Positions 19,571-29,053 of a stretch of 60,813 bases of DNA are shown here, one piece after another; within the stretch, counting starts at the first letter, position 1, and every line of letters starts with the position of its first letter. The notes under the pieces were generated by a model. That model saw only the letters and a program-made list of their open reading frames with translations, had not been told where the DNA came from and did no database searches. Made by a program: the position numbers and the translations under genes. Source of the stretch: Candidatus Hadarchaeum sp. (GTDB taxonomy: Archaea > Hadarchaeota > Hadarchaeia > Hadarchaeales > Hadarchaeaceae). The stretch is taken from NCBI RefSeq assembly GCF_038871235.1, contig NZ_JAVZIN010000010.1:1-60813 (forward strand). Direction: 5' to 3'.

Positions 19571-19969
19571 TTAATTTCCTTCGCCTTTAGGTTCAATAAG
19601 TACTGCTTCGACGGTGCCCGCCTGTCCCGGACGGTTGGTGATTTTTGCCTTGCCCAGCTCGGTTTCGATGATTGCGCCACGGGTCAAGATATTTCTCCGG
19701 ACGAAGTGCATGTCGGCCGGGTTCTGAACCACGGTGATAATCTTGGCCTTCTGCGCCTTTCCTGTTTTAGGGTCAACCACGTTGGCAACATCGGTGTAAA
19801 GCAGCTTCTTCTTTTCCCCGCCGCCAAAGGTGCGTATCTTTATGGTCTTTTTAGGCCCTATTTTTGGCTCGAGAAACTCGCTGCCCATCTCCCGCTTGCG
19901 CTTATGGCGGCTCGGCCAGATTCTCCCGCCGCTGGGTTTCTTCAGGGATCTTCCTTGCCATCTCGCCAT
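19571..19969 (-). CDS. rps8e: 30S ribosomal protein S8e
   Basis: WQGRS..KPSGGR, RKREMG, RRNILTRGAII, RPGQ. Confidence 0.95.
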   Translation of the reverse strand: MARWQGRSLKKPSGGRIWPSRHKRKREMGSEFLEPKIGPKKTIKIRTFGGGEKKKLLYTDVANVVDPKTGKAQKAKIITVVQNPADMHFVRRNILTRGAIIETELGKAKITNRPGQAGTVEAVLIEPKGEGN

Positions 19970-20012
19970 GGTAACACCAGAGGAGTTATGTCTTCACCAT
20001 ATATAAAGAAAA

Positions 20013-20522
20013 TTATCTCAGCCGATTTTGAATTTCCTCTCGGATTTTATCCATGTCATCTTCAAATCCGAAATAGCTGGCAAACTTCTTGGTGGTTCGC
20101 AGCATACGGGTCCTGCCGTATGGCCTTGATTCAACGAAACCCAGACTGATCAGCTGCCTAATTTGGTCATAGACACGGTTGCCGCGGCACTCCGCCAGCT
20201 TAGCCTGAGATATGTTTTGGTTGTAAGCAATCATGGCCAGGGTCTTTATCGCGCCACGTGTGAGCCTAATTTTCGGGATAACTCCCTCAAGCTTTGGTAT
20301 GTATTCTTCATTGAGGCGGAGAGTGTAAGTGTCCTTGCCGGTTTCCGCCATGCAAAGTGGCCCGCCTCTTTTGTTGTAATCCTTTTTTAAATCCTCAATT
20401 ATTTTTCTGATGTATGTTTCCGAAGAAGTGCCGATTAATTTTTTCATCTCCGCTAGCGTGAGCGGACGGTCAGCGGCATAAAGTGCGGCTTCAATTATCG
20501 CCCGATCCTGCTTAATTCCCAT
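20013..20522 (-). CDS. scpB: Segregation/condensation protein B (kite)
   Basis: IIEAALYAA, TLAMIAYNQ, RG, TTKKFASYFG; directly follows scpA. Confidence 0.9.
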   Translation of the reverse strand: MGIKQDRAIIEAALYAADRPLTLAEMKKLIGTSSETYIRKIIEDLKKDYNKRGGPLCMAETGKDTYTLRLNEEYIPKLEGVIPKIRLTRGAIKTLAMIAYNQNISQAKLAECRGNRVYDQIRQLISLGFVESRPYGRTRMLRTTKKFASYFGFEDDMDKIREEIQNRLR

Positions 20523-21177
20523 TCTTGGCACCCTGCTTCGGAATTGAGATGTAGATTTCTCCAAACATCTCCGGCTGTTCCAGAGTTATCTTGCCTTCGG
20601 CGCAGAGGTAAAGCAGGAGAAGCAACATCCTGGCAATGGCAATCCTAGTCTTTTCCTCAATAAGTTCGCTAAAGGTCAGGCTCTTTCCCGATTCCATCAG
20701 TTCTAGAATCCTCTTGTGTAGAATTGCCATGTGTTTGAGTATGTTGATTTCATACTCATCAACGGTGTGCGTGAGTTTCTCGATTTTTTTACTGATTACT
20801 GGCTTCTTTTCAGGCACTTCCGATAGGGCCTCCTTGAGCGCGCCAAGGAGATCTTCCAGGGTTATCTTTCGTGGTGTAGACTGGATGATATTTATCTGGC
20901 CCAAATCAGGCAAGTCCAGATCGAGCATTTCCTCGATTTCTTCACCATCAGTTTTTTTGGCGTGACCGTTGAGCACATGGTCGGACTTTATCCTCAACAA
21001 CACCGATGAGGCGAGCAGCACACGCCCTGAAGCTCTTAGGTCAATTTCGACTATTTCTCGCACGCGTTGGATGTAAAGGTAGGTCAGCTTTTCAATGTCG
21101 ATGTCCCAAGGGTCCAACTTGTGCTGTTGGACCAGTTCGAGGAGCGTCTGTATGGGTTGGTCTGTGAAAATTGTCAT
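20512..21177 (-). CDS. scpA: Segregation/condensation protein A (kleisin)
   Basis: LDPWDIDI, SGRVLL..SVLLRIKS, LLYL...LEQ.EMFGEI C-terminal winged helix. Confidence 0.9.
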   Translation of the reverse strand: MTIFTDQPIQTLLELVQQHKLDPWDIDIEKLTYLYIQRVREIVEIDLRASGRVLLASSVLLRIKSDHVLNGHAKKTDGEEIEEMLDLDLPDLGQINIIQSTPRKITLEDLLGALKEALSEVPEKKPVISKKIEKLTHTVDEYEINILKHMAILHKRILELMESGKSLTFSELIEEKTRIAIARMLLLLLYLCAEGKITLEQPEMFGEIYISIPKQGAKNGN

Positions 21178-21181
21178 CTTC

Positions 21182-23440
21182 TCAGCTCCCGACTCCGGAG
21201 AGTTCGACGGAGTAAATCTTGGAAATGCCGTTTTCCTTTGTAACTCCGAAGAGCCTATCGGCTACGGACATTATTGAGTCATGTAAGGTTATCACCACAA
21301 TCTGGGAGTCCTTTGAGAACTGTTGCAGCATCTCGGCCACCCTGATCCTATTTTTCGGGTCCAAATGTGCGTCTATTTCATCGAGCACATAAAAGGTGGT
21401 CGGACGATAGCGCTGCAGGGCAAATATGAAGGAGAGCGCCGTCAGGGCCTTCTGGCCTCCGGATAATGAGCCGATATAGGCGGCCCCCGATCCCTCTGGT
21501 CTAGCGATTATTTCAAGCCCCCCTTCAAATGGTGATTGTTCGTTCTCCAGCTTCAACATGGCATCGCCGTTGGGTGAGAGTTCCTTAAAGATTTGGGTAA
21601 ATTGTTTGGAAATTTCGTTGAAAGTCTTCATAAAAACGTGTTTCTTTTTCTCATCAATTTCCGCCATAAACTTCAGCAGTGATTGTTTTTCTGCCATCAG
21701 CTTGTCGTATTTTGTTTTTTCTTCGTTGTATCTGCGCTCAGATTCTCTGAAGTCTTGGATGGCTCGAAGATTCACCCTTTCGCTGAGCGGCCCCAGCTCA
21801 GCCTCTATTTCCTGGGCTCGTTTTTCCAAGTCTTCTGCGTCAATATTTTTGGGTAAATTCACTTCACCTATCTTCTTCAGGTTCGTGTTTATCTCTTTTA
21901 ATTCATTGCTCAGGGCTTCTCGTTGAATTTGAAGCCTTTGCAGGTCACCTTCTATAACTCTGATCTTTGTCTCCAGCTCCCTTTCTCGCTTGGATATCGA
22001 CTCCAATTTCTGTCGCAAGAGATTTCTACCGTTTGTAAGCGATTCAATTGATTTTCTAATTTCCTTTTCTTGAGAGTCAGCATTCTTCAACTTAATCTGC
22101 ACCTCGTGTATTTTTGCGTTGAGTTCCATTATCTGCTTGGTCAACTCGTCGCGCGCGCGCTGCAGACCAGCCAGTTCTTCGCGCAGCATTCTCTCCTCAG
22201 CTCTTGCCGAGTCCATCTGTTTGATTTTTTGTGGGTCAATTTTGTCTGAGATCCTTGCCACGATTACGGAAATCTCGTTCAGCACTTCATTGATCTGTTT
22301 CAGGATATTTTTGGCAGAACTCAAGGATTCACATTTAACGAGCGAGCGGTATAGCTCCGAGAATTTATTGCGCACTTCATTAAATTTGGAAAATGTGGAC
22401 TCCAAAGTTTCGCCATCGGTTGTCTTCGAATCGCTCATTTTTTTGATTTTGGCGTCGAGCGATTCTATATCTCGATCAAGTGCGGATTTTCGATCCAGCG
22501 TTCTTTTTAAGATGTCGCTCAGGGTGTTGATTTCGGTCCTGGACCTTTCAGCCTCTACCAGCACATCGGAGGCTCTTTTTTCATCAATAGATCTAGAAAT
22601 CACATCTATTTTCACGTTCAACTTGTCCTTTACTTCGAGTGTTTTCTGGTATCTTTTTTTGAGTTCTTCGATTTCATCTGTGAACTTTGATATTTTTGTC
22701 TCCAACTGCGCAATCTTTTCCGAACATTTTTCCTTTTTAATCATTAAAAGAGCGCCTTGAATCTGTTCCCGCTCACGTTTTAGTTGTTTAAAGTGAATTG
22801 CAGTTTCCATTTGTTCGCGCAGGTTCTCCATCTGGGTGGATATTTCAGTCAGGACGGCGCCGACGTTGTTCAGGTTGGCCTCGACCTTTTGAAGCTCGTT
22901 CAGTGATTTTTGTTTCTTTTCATCATATTCCGCCACGCCCGCCAGATCATCGATTATCTTTCTTCGCTCAATTGGGTCCATGTTGAAAAATCTGTTGACT
23001 TCCCCCTGCATCACAAAGTTGTATCCGCCGGGACAGGTCATCTTAGGCGCCAGCAGGTCAATGATCTCCTCTCTCGTTGCCCGGCGCTTATTTATCCTAT
23101 AGGTGCACCTACCGTCGCGGTGCAACTGTCTCGTGATTACAACCTCCTTTGAGTTTATGTGTAGGCCGCCATCGCTGTTGTCGAAATGCAGAGAAACTTC
23201 GGCGAAGGAGGCAGGTCGGCTTCCGTTGCCTCCGTTAAAGAGCAGGTCTGAGAATCTCTCTGCCCGCATGGTTTTAGCGCTCATCCAGCCTAAGACGAAA
23301 CACAAAGCATCAATGATGTTGCTTTTTCCCATCCCATTTGGGCCGACAATGGCCGTCAGTCCCTTTGATAGCGGGATGGTGACTTTAGTGTTTCCAAATG
23401 ATTTGAAGCCTCTCAGCTCAATTTTGCTTATGTACGGCAC
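21182..23440 (-). CDS. smc: Short (752 aa) SMC ATPase with no recognisable hinge
   Basis: GFKSF, Walker A GPNGMGKSN, Q-loop VMQG, VNLRAI, signature LSGGQK, Walker B LDEIDAHLD; first gene of the smc-scpA-scpB operon. Confidence 0.9.
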   Translation of the reverse strand: MPYISKIELRGFKSFGNTKVTIPLSKGLTAIVGPNGMGKSNIIDALCFVLGWMSAKTMRAERFSDLLFNGGNGSRPASFAEVSLHFDNSDGGLHINSKEVVITRQLHRDGRCTYRINKRRATREEIIDLLAPKMTCPGGYNFVMQGEVNRFFNMDPIERRKIIDDLAGVAEYDEKKQKSLNELQKVEANLNNVGAVLTEISTQMENLREQMETAIHFKQLKREREQIQGALLMIKKEKCSEKIAQLETKISKFTDEIEELKKRYQKTLEVKDKLNVKIDVISRSIDEKRASDVLVEAERSRTEINTLSDILKRTLDRKSALDRDIESLDAKIKKMSDSKTTDGETLESTFSKFNEVRNKFSELYRSLVKCESLSSAKNILKQINEVLNEISVIVARISDKIDPQKIKQMDSARAEERMLREELAGLQRARDELTKQIMELNAKIHEVQIKLKNADSQEKEIRKSIESLTNGRNLLRQKLESISKRERELETKIRVIEGDLQRLQIQREALSNELKEINTNLKKIGEVNLPKNIDAEDLEKRAQEIEAELGPLSERVNLRAIQDFRESERRYNEEKTKYDKLMAEKQSLLKFMAEIDEKKKHVFMKTFNEISKQFTQIFKELSPNGDAMLKLENEQSPFEGGLEIIARPEGSGAAYIGSLSGGQKALTALSFIFALQRYRPTTFYVLDEIDAHLDPKNRIRVAEMLQQFSKDSQIVVITLHDSIMSVADRLFGVTKENGISKIYSVELSGVGS

Positions 23441-23683
23441 TACATCTCCCTTGGGGGTTGTTCACGCTACCCCCTCTTAAGCCCGCCTCCAAAAGCCAGT
23501 TTATTATCGCCATAGAGGGTTAAAAAATTTACGTTTTCATAAATAAAATCGATTTTAAAGAGAAAATAAGCCAAAATTAGCCATTTAACTACCCAAAAAT
23601 AAAAAGAAAGCCTTTTAAATCTTTTTTATTTTTTTCAAGTTCAAAGTTAGCCTAGGTGTGATACTTCTTCCAAAATCCAACAA

Positions 23684-23698
23684 CGATAGATTTATAAA
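23684..23698 (+). promoter_or_regulatory. Candidate BRE + TATA box for the TFS-like gene
   Basis: cgataga-TTTATAAA about 40 nt upstream of ATG 23739. Confidence 0.5.
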
Positions 23699-23738
23699 CC
23701 TCTCGAGGTCTAAATGCTCGAATAAGTTGGCGATAGTA

Positions 23739-23984
23739 ATGGAGTTCTGTCCTAAGTGTGGTACTGTTCTTGTTCCGGCCAAGGTGGGGCGCTGTAAGAG
23801 ATTGACCTGCCCCAGATGTGGTTACAAAGGCAAGGTCAAGAAACTCTCCTCTTATAAGATCAGCGAGAAGGGCAAAGAGGCACGAGAAGTGGCTATTATC
23901 GAGGAAAAGAAAACTAAGAAGCGACCGATATTAAATGAGTACGAAATCGAACCTCCGGAGTATGAGGAGGAGATGTACGAGTAA
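23739..23984 (+). CDS. TFS/RpoM-like zinc-ribbon protein (N-terminal ribbon only, acidic tail)
   Basis: MEFCPKCG...CPRCGY; no second ribbon and no catalytic DE hairpin. Confidence 0.75.
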   Translation: MEFCPKCGTVLVPAKVGRCKRLTCPRCGYKGKVKKLSSYKISEKGKEAREVAIIEEKKTKKRPILNEYEIEPPEYEEEMYE

Positions 23985-24112
23985 CGCAGGCTGCATTTTC
24001 GTTTTTGATGGCAGGTTTCAGATATTTTTGAAAAGGCTTTTTTGACCCCTCTAGTGCAGAGCAAAATATTTTTAAAACATTGAGATGGGTAGTTCGATGG
24101 CAAAATTTCCAA

Positions 24113-24949
24113 TCATTTTCCAAATCGTCGTTCTCTACTTTGATAAGTGCGAATGGCCCTGAGAAAATCTATCTTGCTGAAGGCTGGCCAGTTAGCCTCG
24201 CAAAAGTACAGTTCACTGTAGGCCGACTGCCAAAGTAGGAAGCCGCTCAGACGTTCCTCGCCGCTCGTTCTGATGATGAGGTCAGGATCCGGCAAGCCAG
24301 CAGTATACAGATAATTGTTGATCATTTCTTCGTCGACATCCTTGGGAGTTATTTCACCATTTTTTATCCTTTCACAAATTTTACGCACGGCGTCTGCCAG
24401 CTCGGCTCTGCCGCCATAGCCCACAGCAATGTTCAGCGTGTGTCCGTTGTAGCCTACCGTCGCTGCTTGGGCCTCATCAATAGCTCGTTGCACTTGCTCC
24501 GGCAGCATTTTCAGATTGCCGATGGCCTTCACTCGGATTTTATATTTATGAACGCGTGGATCTTTTGCCACCTCTTTGAACTTTTGAGCCAGCAAATTCA
24601 TTAGTTTGTTGACCTCCTCTTTGTCGCGATTGAAATTCTCGGTGGAAAAAGCGTAGACGGTAATGTGTTTGATGCCTAACTCCTGACACCAGCCAATTAC
24701 CTCCTCGAGCTTTTTGGCACCCAAAACATGACCGTAAAATCGATCCACTCCCATCTGTTCCGCGAATCTGCGGTTGCCGTCGAGGATTATCGCAATGTGT
24801 TTTGGTATTTTTTCCGAGTTAGCTACTTCGGCGAACAGCTTGCGCTCGTAATATTTTGTCAGCAGCTTTTGGATCTGGGCTATTCCCGGCAACCTTTCGA
24901 TGGGTATTTTTTCCACTTCCATAAGATCAAATGTTAATCTAACCTCCAT
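24113..24949 (-). CDS. uppS: cis-Polyprenyl diphosphate synthase
   Basis: HIAIILDGNRR, FSTENF, YGGRAE, IRTSGEERLSGFL, RRFGK. Confidence 0.93.
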   Translation of the reverse strand: MEVRLTFDLMEVEKIPIERLPGIAQIQKLLTKYYERKLFAEVANSEKIPKHIAIILDGNRRFAEQMGVDRFYGHVLGAKKLEEVIGWCQELGIKHITVYAFSTENFNRDKEEVNKLMNLLAQKFKEVAKDPRVHKYKIRVKAIGNLKMLPEQVQRAIDEAQAATVGYNGHTLNIAVGYGGRAELADAVRKICERIKNGEITPKDVDEEMINNYLYTAGLPDPDLIIRTSGEERLSGFLLWQSAYSELYFCEANWPAFSKIDFLRAIRTYQSRERRFGK

Positions 24950-25108
24950 CTTTTAAATCCCCTGCCAATCCGTGAAGATTTCAGGATAAAAAATTCCTTC
25001 GGGCGAGGTTTAAACTACAATCGATCAGAATCTGAGCAGAACAACGGGGTTAAAAGTGAGATTGATAAGTCATTATATACCCTGCGTCTAAAAATAGGGA
25101 GGAGTATC

Positions 25109-25975
25109 ATGAGGCTGTCTTGGCCGCCACAGCGTCTGAGAGGCAGAAGTTTGGTTGCAATACCACTGATAGTTTCGGCTATCTTTCTGCTAGCAATTTT
25201 GGTTCTTGGGTTACCTTTAGGGAGGGATTTTAATGGCGGGACTTTAGTTATGGTCCGTGGTTTGGATAAAGTCCCTGATTTTGGCCAGCTTGAATCTCAG
25301 ATTGATAGACTAGCGGGTTTGGAAACTGTGGTCCGAGCTGCCGGCGATGGATTTGACATCGAGATGGATGCACAGGTCGTGGGCTTAGAAAATGAGATCA
25401 GGGCGTTGCTTTTAGATTCTTTTGGCATTCCGAGTAGTTCGATAGTGATCGGTGAGCTGGGCCCAGTGGTTAGCAGCGCCCAGTGTTTTCAGATCATCGC
25501 TCTTGGCCTCGGTGCTCTGATTCTTGTTGGAGTTGTGACATTTATTTTCAGGCGCCGCGTTGCCGCCGTGACATCGGTAGTTGTTGCGGTTCTCGACGTG
25601 GTTGGAGTTCTAGGTCTTATGGCGATACTCAGGGTGCCCATAAATCTGGCGTCGATTTTTGGAATTTTGATAGTTTTTGTTTATGTGGTGGAGGTCAATG
25701 TTTTTCTTGGTTATAGACTCTTGAAAGGAGCCGTCGGAGATCTGAAAGAGAACATTAGTGAAGCGATGAGAGCAGATCTGACCCTGAGCGCTATTGCCTC
25801 TGTGGTTCTTTTGAGCGTGAGCTTTATCGTAACTGCAGTCTCAGTCAGGGAGTTCGCCTTGGCATTGGCTTTTGGGGTCGCGGTAAATGTTTTCAACGTT
25901 TGGTTTCTTGGCATTGCTCTTTATCTCAGGCATATCGAACGGAAAAAGGTCGTGAGCTATCATGTCAGCATTTAA
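25109..25975 (+). CDS. secF: Divergent SecF-like protein translocase subunit
   Basis: GRDFNGGT after TM1, periplasmic domain, GP.VS, about five further TMs; overlaps secD. Confidence 0.72.
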   Translation: MRLSWPPQRLRGRSLVAIPLIVSAIFLLAILVLGLPLGRDFNGGTLVMVRGLDKVPDFGQLESQIDRLAGLETVVRAAGDGFDIEMDAQVVGLENEIRALLLDSFGIPSSSIVIGELGPVVSSAQCFQIIALGLGALILVGVVTFIFRRRVAAVTSVVVAVLDVVGVLGLMAILRVPINLASIFGILIVFVYVVEVNVFLGYRLLKGAVGDLKENISEAMRADLTLSAIASVVLLSVSFIVTAVSVREFALALAFGVAVNVFNVWFLGIALYLRHIERKKVVSYHVSI

Positions 25976-27764
25976 GACCCGCCGTGCTAAATTGCTGCTA
26001 GTTGTGTTGGCCCTTTCAATCTTGATTTTATGGCAGCCTTGGTCAGGGCTCGAGCCAAGGCTTCGGGGGGTCAGAATGGGAGCCGACTTTTCAGGAGGAA
26101 CACAATTGGTATTTGAGCTGCAATCTTATCGCGTGGCCCTGCAGGTCGATTCAGCCGGTGAAAACGTCATGGATTATATTATTGCTTCGCTCGAGTCTGG
26201 GTTGGGGGCTGAGGTCAGATTGATTAGCTATGACCCCAGCAGCGGAAAGGCTGTTGTTAACGTTAACGGCAGATTAACTGGCCCAATGCTACAAAAGGCG
26301 GCGGATATAGCCACCGTTGTCAATGTTGAGGCCTATGTTGAAGAAGGTGAAATGGAAAAAGCCATCCAATTGTTAAGGGCGCGTGTTGATCCATATGAGC
26401 TGCTCGATGTTCGGCTAAGGCCCTTTGGAGAAACTTCCATAATAGTCGAGGCCTCAGGGCTGGACCCTAGTCGCATTAGAGATCTGTTAGGTGTCCAGGG
26501 CAAGCTTGAGATGTTTCTGGATAACCAGTTGATTCTGGGCAACGATGAGATCAAGAATTTGACCGCGCCGATTTCGGCTGAGGGACTAGCCTACGTTCCC
26601 ATCAGCTTGACAACTGCCGGCACAGAGATGCTGAAACAGGCCTGTAGCGGCAAGGCTGAGCACTCCATTGTTATTTACTTAGACCGACCGACCGATGCGA
26701 TCTTGGTTTTCGAAAATCGCACCCTGGAGGAGGCGAGCCATCTTTTTTACGATGAACACTCTCAGAAGTTTTATGTAACCCGTGAGACCGGACTCGCGGT
26801 CTCTACCTACTATATCTCAGTTGTAGCTGTTCCAGTTGTTGGAGGAGATGTTTCGGCAGAGGTTGAGAGCTATCTCTTAAGTCGAGTTGGCAATAAGGCG
26901 AGAATTATCCTATTGGGTTCAGAGGATGACTTCACACCTGAATTGATTGACCGGCTTTCGTCCCTCTATAGGCTTGAGATGGTTCCACGGCGTGATGGTG
27001 AAAGTGTTGATGAATGGGTGCTGCGGGCCTGTGGGGTTCAGTCGGCACCTGTTGTCACGCAGACGATGGCGGCGGGTGGAGTGACCGGAAACCTGACGAT
27101 TCCTTTTGTGGGGAGGACGCAGGCCCTCTCGTTGATCAAAGCTCAGAACTTTCAAAGAGCGCTGGCGTATCGGCTAGATTTCCCCATAGCCTTCGTTCAG
27201 GAATCGTCATTGTCGCCATCCTTTGGGCCGAAGTTTAAGTTGGAGTTAACGTTTGCGGTTGGAGTAACGATTTTGCTCGTTCTCATCCTCGTTTATCTCG
27301 CTTTTTCGCGCGTAAAGGCTGCCCTCACCATCGTGGTCTTTCTTTTTGTCGATGCCCTACTGACGCTTGCGGGTATTTCAATCTTCGGACTACCTCTGGG
27401 TTTGCCCGCCGTTTCCGGGCTGGTGCTTGTAGTTCTTTCAGGCTTAAACCAGCACATAATCATCACTAATGAGCTGCTGAAGGGCGTCCAACCTCAAGAA
27501 AAAGTGAGCGTTGGCTGGAGGGCGTCCAGAGCACTGTCGATATCTTACCTAGCGTCCTTCACCATGCTCTTAGTCTCTATTTTGATAGCCCTGCTGGGAT
27601 TCGGTCCCATTCGTATTTTTGCCATCGTTGCTTCGGTGGGAATGGTAATCGCCATACTTTTAACCCGTCCCGTATTTGCGCGCGTGATGGAATCGGTGCT
27701 TTCAGGGCGGCCGAAAGTAATTCCTCAAGAGTCAGCCGCCAAACCCGAGCAGAAGCAGCAGTGA
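25962..27764 (+). CDS. secD: Divergent SecD-like protein translocase subunit
   Basis: GADFSGGT, RARVDPY, QGKLEM, LSPSFG, ILLTRPVFA archaeal SecD pattern. Confidence 0.78.
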   Translation: MSAFKTRRAKLLLVVLALSILILWQPWSGLEPRLRGVRMGADFSGGTQLVFELQSYRVALQVDSAGENVMDYIIASLESGLGAEVRLISYDPSSGKAVVNVNGRLTGPMLQKAADIATVVNVEAYVEEGEMEKAIQLLRARVDPYELLDVRLRPFGETSIIVEASGLDPSRIRDLLGVQGKLEMFLDNQLILGNDEIKNLTAPISAEGLAYVPISLTTAGTEMLKQACSGKAEHSIVIYLDRPTDAILVFENRTLEEASHLFYDEHSQKFYVTRETGLAVSTYYISVVAVPVVGGDVSAEVESYLLSRVGNKARIILLGSEDDFTPELIDRLSSLYRLEMVPRRDGESVDEWVLRACGVQSAPVVTQTMAAGGVTGNLTIPFVGRTQALSLIKAQNFQRALAYRLDFPIAFVQESSLSPSFGPKFKLELTFAVGVTILLVLILVYLAFSRVKAALTIVVFLFVDALLTLAGISIFGLPLGLPAVSGLVLVVLSGLNQHIIITNELLKGVQPQEKVSVGWRASRALSISYLASFTMLLVSILIALLGFGPIRIFAIVASVGMVIAILLTRPVFARVMESVLSGRPKVIPQESAAKPEQKQQ

Positions 27765-28013
27765 GGCCACGGCGAGTCCGCCCATAGTCGCAATCAAGCC
27801 CAAGAACAGCTTGTTTACCTGCATTGCCTTTAGCGCCTCTCGGGTGATCAGGTAGATGGAGGCTGTGGAAAAGAAGTAGAACCAGAGGACCACGGTGACC
27901 ACGAGCAAGGGGTCCATTTTTAGAATCAGCATTAGAAAGGCAATTAGTCCGGCCGAGACACTGACGATGGAAAGCGGATAGAAAAGCGCCATCAGAATTC
28001 TCCACCTTGTCAA
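27732..28013 (-). CDS. Small hypothetical membrane protein (about 3 TM)
   Basis: Hydrophobic ORF at the end of the atp...DUF61 run, 4 bp after the DUF61 stop. Confidence 0.6.
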   Translation of the reverse strand: MTRWRILMALFYPLSIVSVSAGLIAFLMLILKMDPLLVVTVVLWFYFFSTASIYLITREALKAMQVNKLFLGLIATMGGLAVASLLLLLGFGG

Positions 28014-28017
28014 GAAA

Positions 28018-28413
28018 TCACCATCCGAACAGGTACTGAGTAGTCGTAGCCAGTTTTTTCCTTATGATAGCAATTTCTGGGCGATAAACGATTAGTTCAT
28101 CTCCACTAACTTCTTTGTTCAGAATTTTTCCGATAACTTTAGCCTCGATTTCCCCGTTTATCCTAGCTGCGCCTCGGCCGAGCTTGGGTTCAAGTAAAAT
28201 AAATATCGGCAAAGACAAACCATCCCATTCAGACTCCGGTAGAAGTTTTGAGAGGTGCTCGAGTTCCTCTTTTTTGAAATAATGTACTTTACCGTCTTTA
28301 GTCCTCACATATGGTTTGTCAGAAGATAAAGCCGATTTTAACGTGATGCGCTTCTCCGGAAGATGGGCGTTGAGTCTGTTCAGCTCAAATTTTATTATTC
28401 TTTCCACCTTCAC
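28018..28413 (-). CDS. DUF61/UPF0216 family protein
   Basis: LNAHLP..RITL, DGKVHYF, LPIFI, TTQYLF; overlaps the atpD stop. Confidence 0.75.
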   Translation of the reverse strand: MKVERIIKFELNRLNAHLPEKRITLKSALSSDKPYVRTKDGKVHYFKKEELEHLSKLLPESEWDGLSLPIFILLEPKLGRGAARINGEIEAKVIGKILNKEVSGDELIVYRPEIAIIRKKLATTTQYLFGW

Positions 28414-29048
28414 TCACGCTTTTCCAGTATTGCCTTAATGCGTTTTAGGCGGGTGAAGTTCTCCCGTTCCATTTCGTCGAGTCTCATCATTATAAAGTTC
28501 ATCGACTCTCTAAGTCTGGGAATCAATATATACTCCAACGCGTTTACACGTCTTTTGGTTTTCTCGAGTTCATGGGCTAGGGCAAACGCCGTTATTTCCA
28601 GCTCAGCTAGTTCGATTAGGAGTTTTGTCGCCCGCTCCATTTCCCTAGCGGCGATGTCTAGGTAGGAAGAGGTCGTGTGCAGGCTGTAGCCACGGGCAAG
28701 GGCGTTTCTTTCGATCTCCCCAGCTTGGATAGTTGGAATTTCAATGCCCATTATGTTTCGTACCGAGACATCGATGGTGAGTTCCTTTTTCGTTTCTCCT
28801 GCCGCCTGCACCGTTTCAAAGGTCCCCAGCACAGCCATGCAGCTAGACAATGCCTCGTAACCTCTCTTCAGCTGGGCCATGGCCTCGGCCTTGGATTTCT
28901 GAATTATCCTCAATGTGTTCAACAGTTCCATGACTAAGGCATCCATTTTTTCCTTGAGCAAATCATAGCCTTTTTCCGCTAGCGCTAAGCGATTTTTAAC
29001 TTTCATCAATTCCATTCTGTTTGGCGAGATGCTGACTCTTGCCGCCAA
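28410..29048 (-). CDS. atpD: A/V-type ATP synthase subunit D
   Basis: PNRMEL, GYDLLKEK, KTKRRVNALE, ERENFTRLK. Confidence 0.93.
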   Translation of the reverse strand: MAARVSISPNRMELMKVKNRLALAEKGYDLLKEKMDALVMELLNTLRIIQKSKAEAMAQLKRGYEALSSCMAVLGTFETVQAAGETKKELTIDVSVRNIMGIEIPTIQAGEIERNALARGYSLHTTSSYLDIAAREMERATKLLIELAELEITAFALAHELEKTKRRVNALEYILIPRLRESMNFIMMRLDEMERENFTRLKRIKAILEKRE

Positions 29049-29053
29049 TTACT

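Noticed and set aside
21182-23440. Short SMC as Rad50/SbcC, RecN or Wadjet JetC
   Set aside because: No CxxC hook and no mre11/nurA/herA or jetD neighbour; the head motifs are Smc-type and it is coupled to canonical scpA and scpB.
23441-23738. AT-rich spacer as a replication origin
   Set aside because: No ORB-like repeats and no cdc6/orc1 nearby; explained by divergent promoters.
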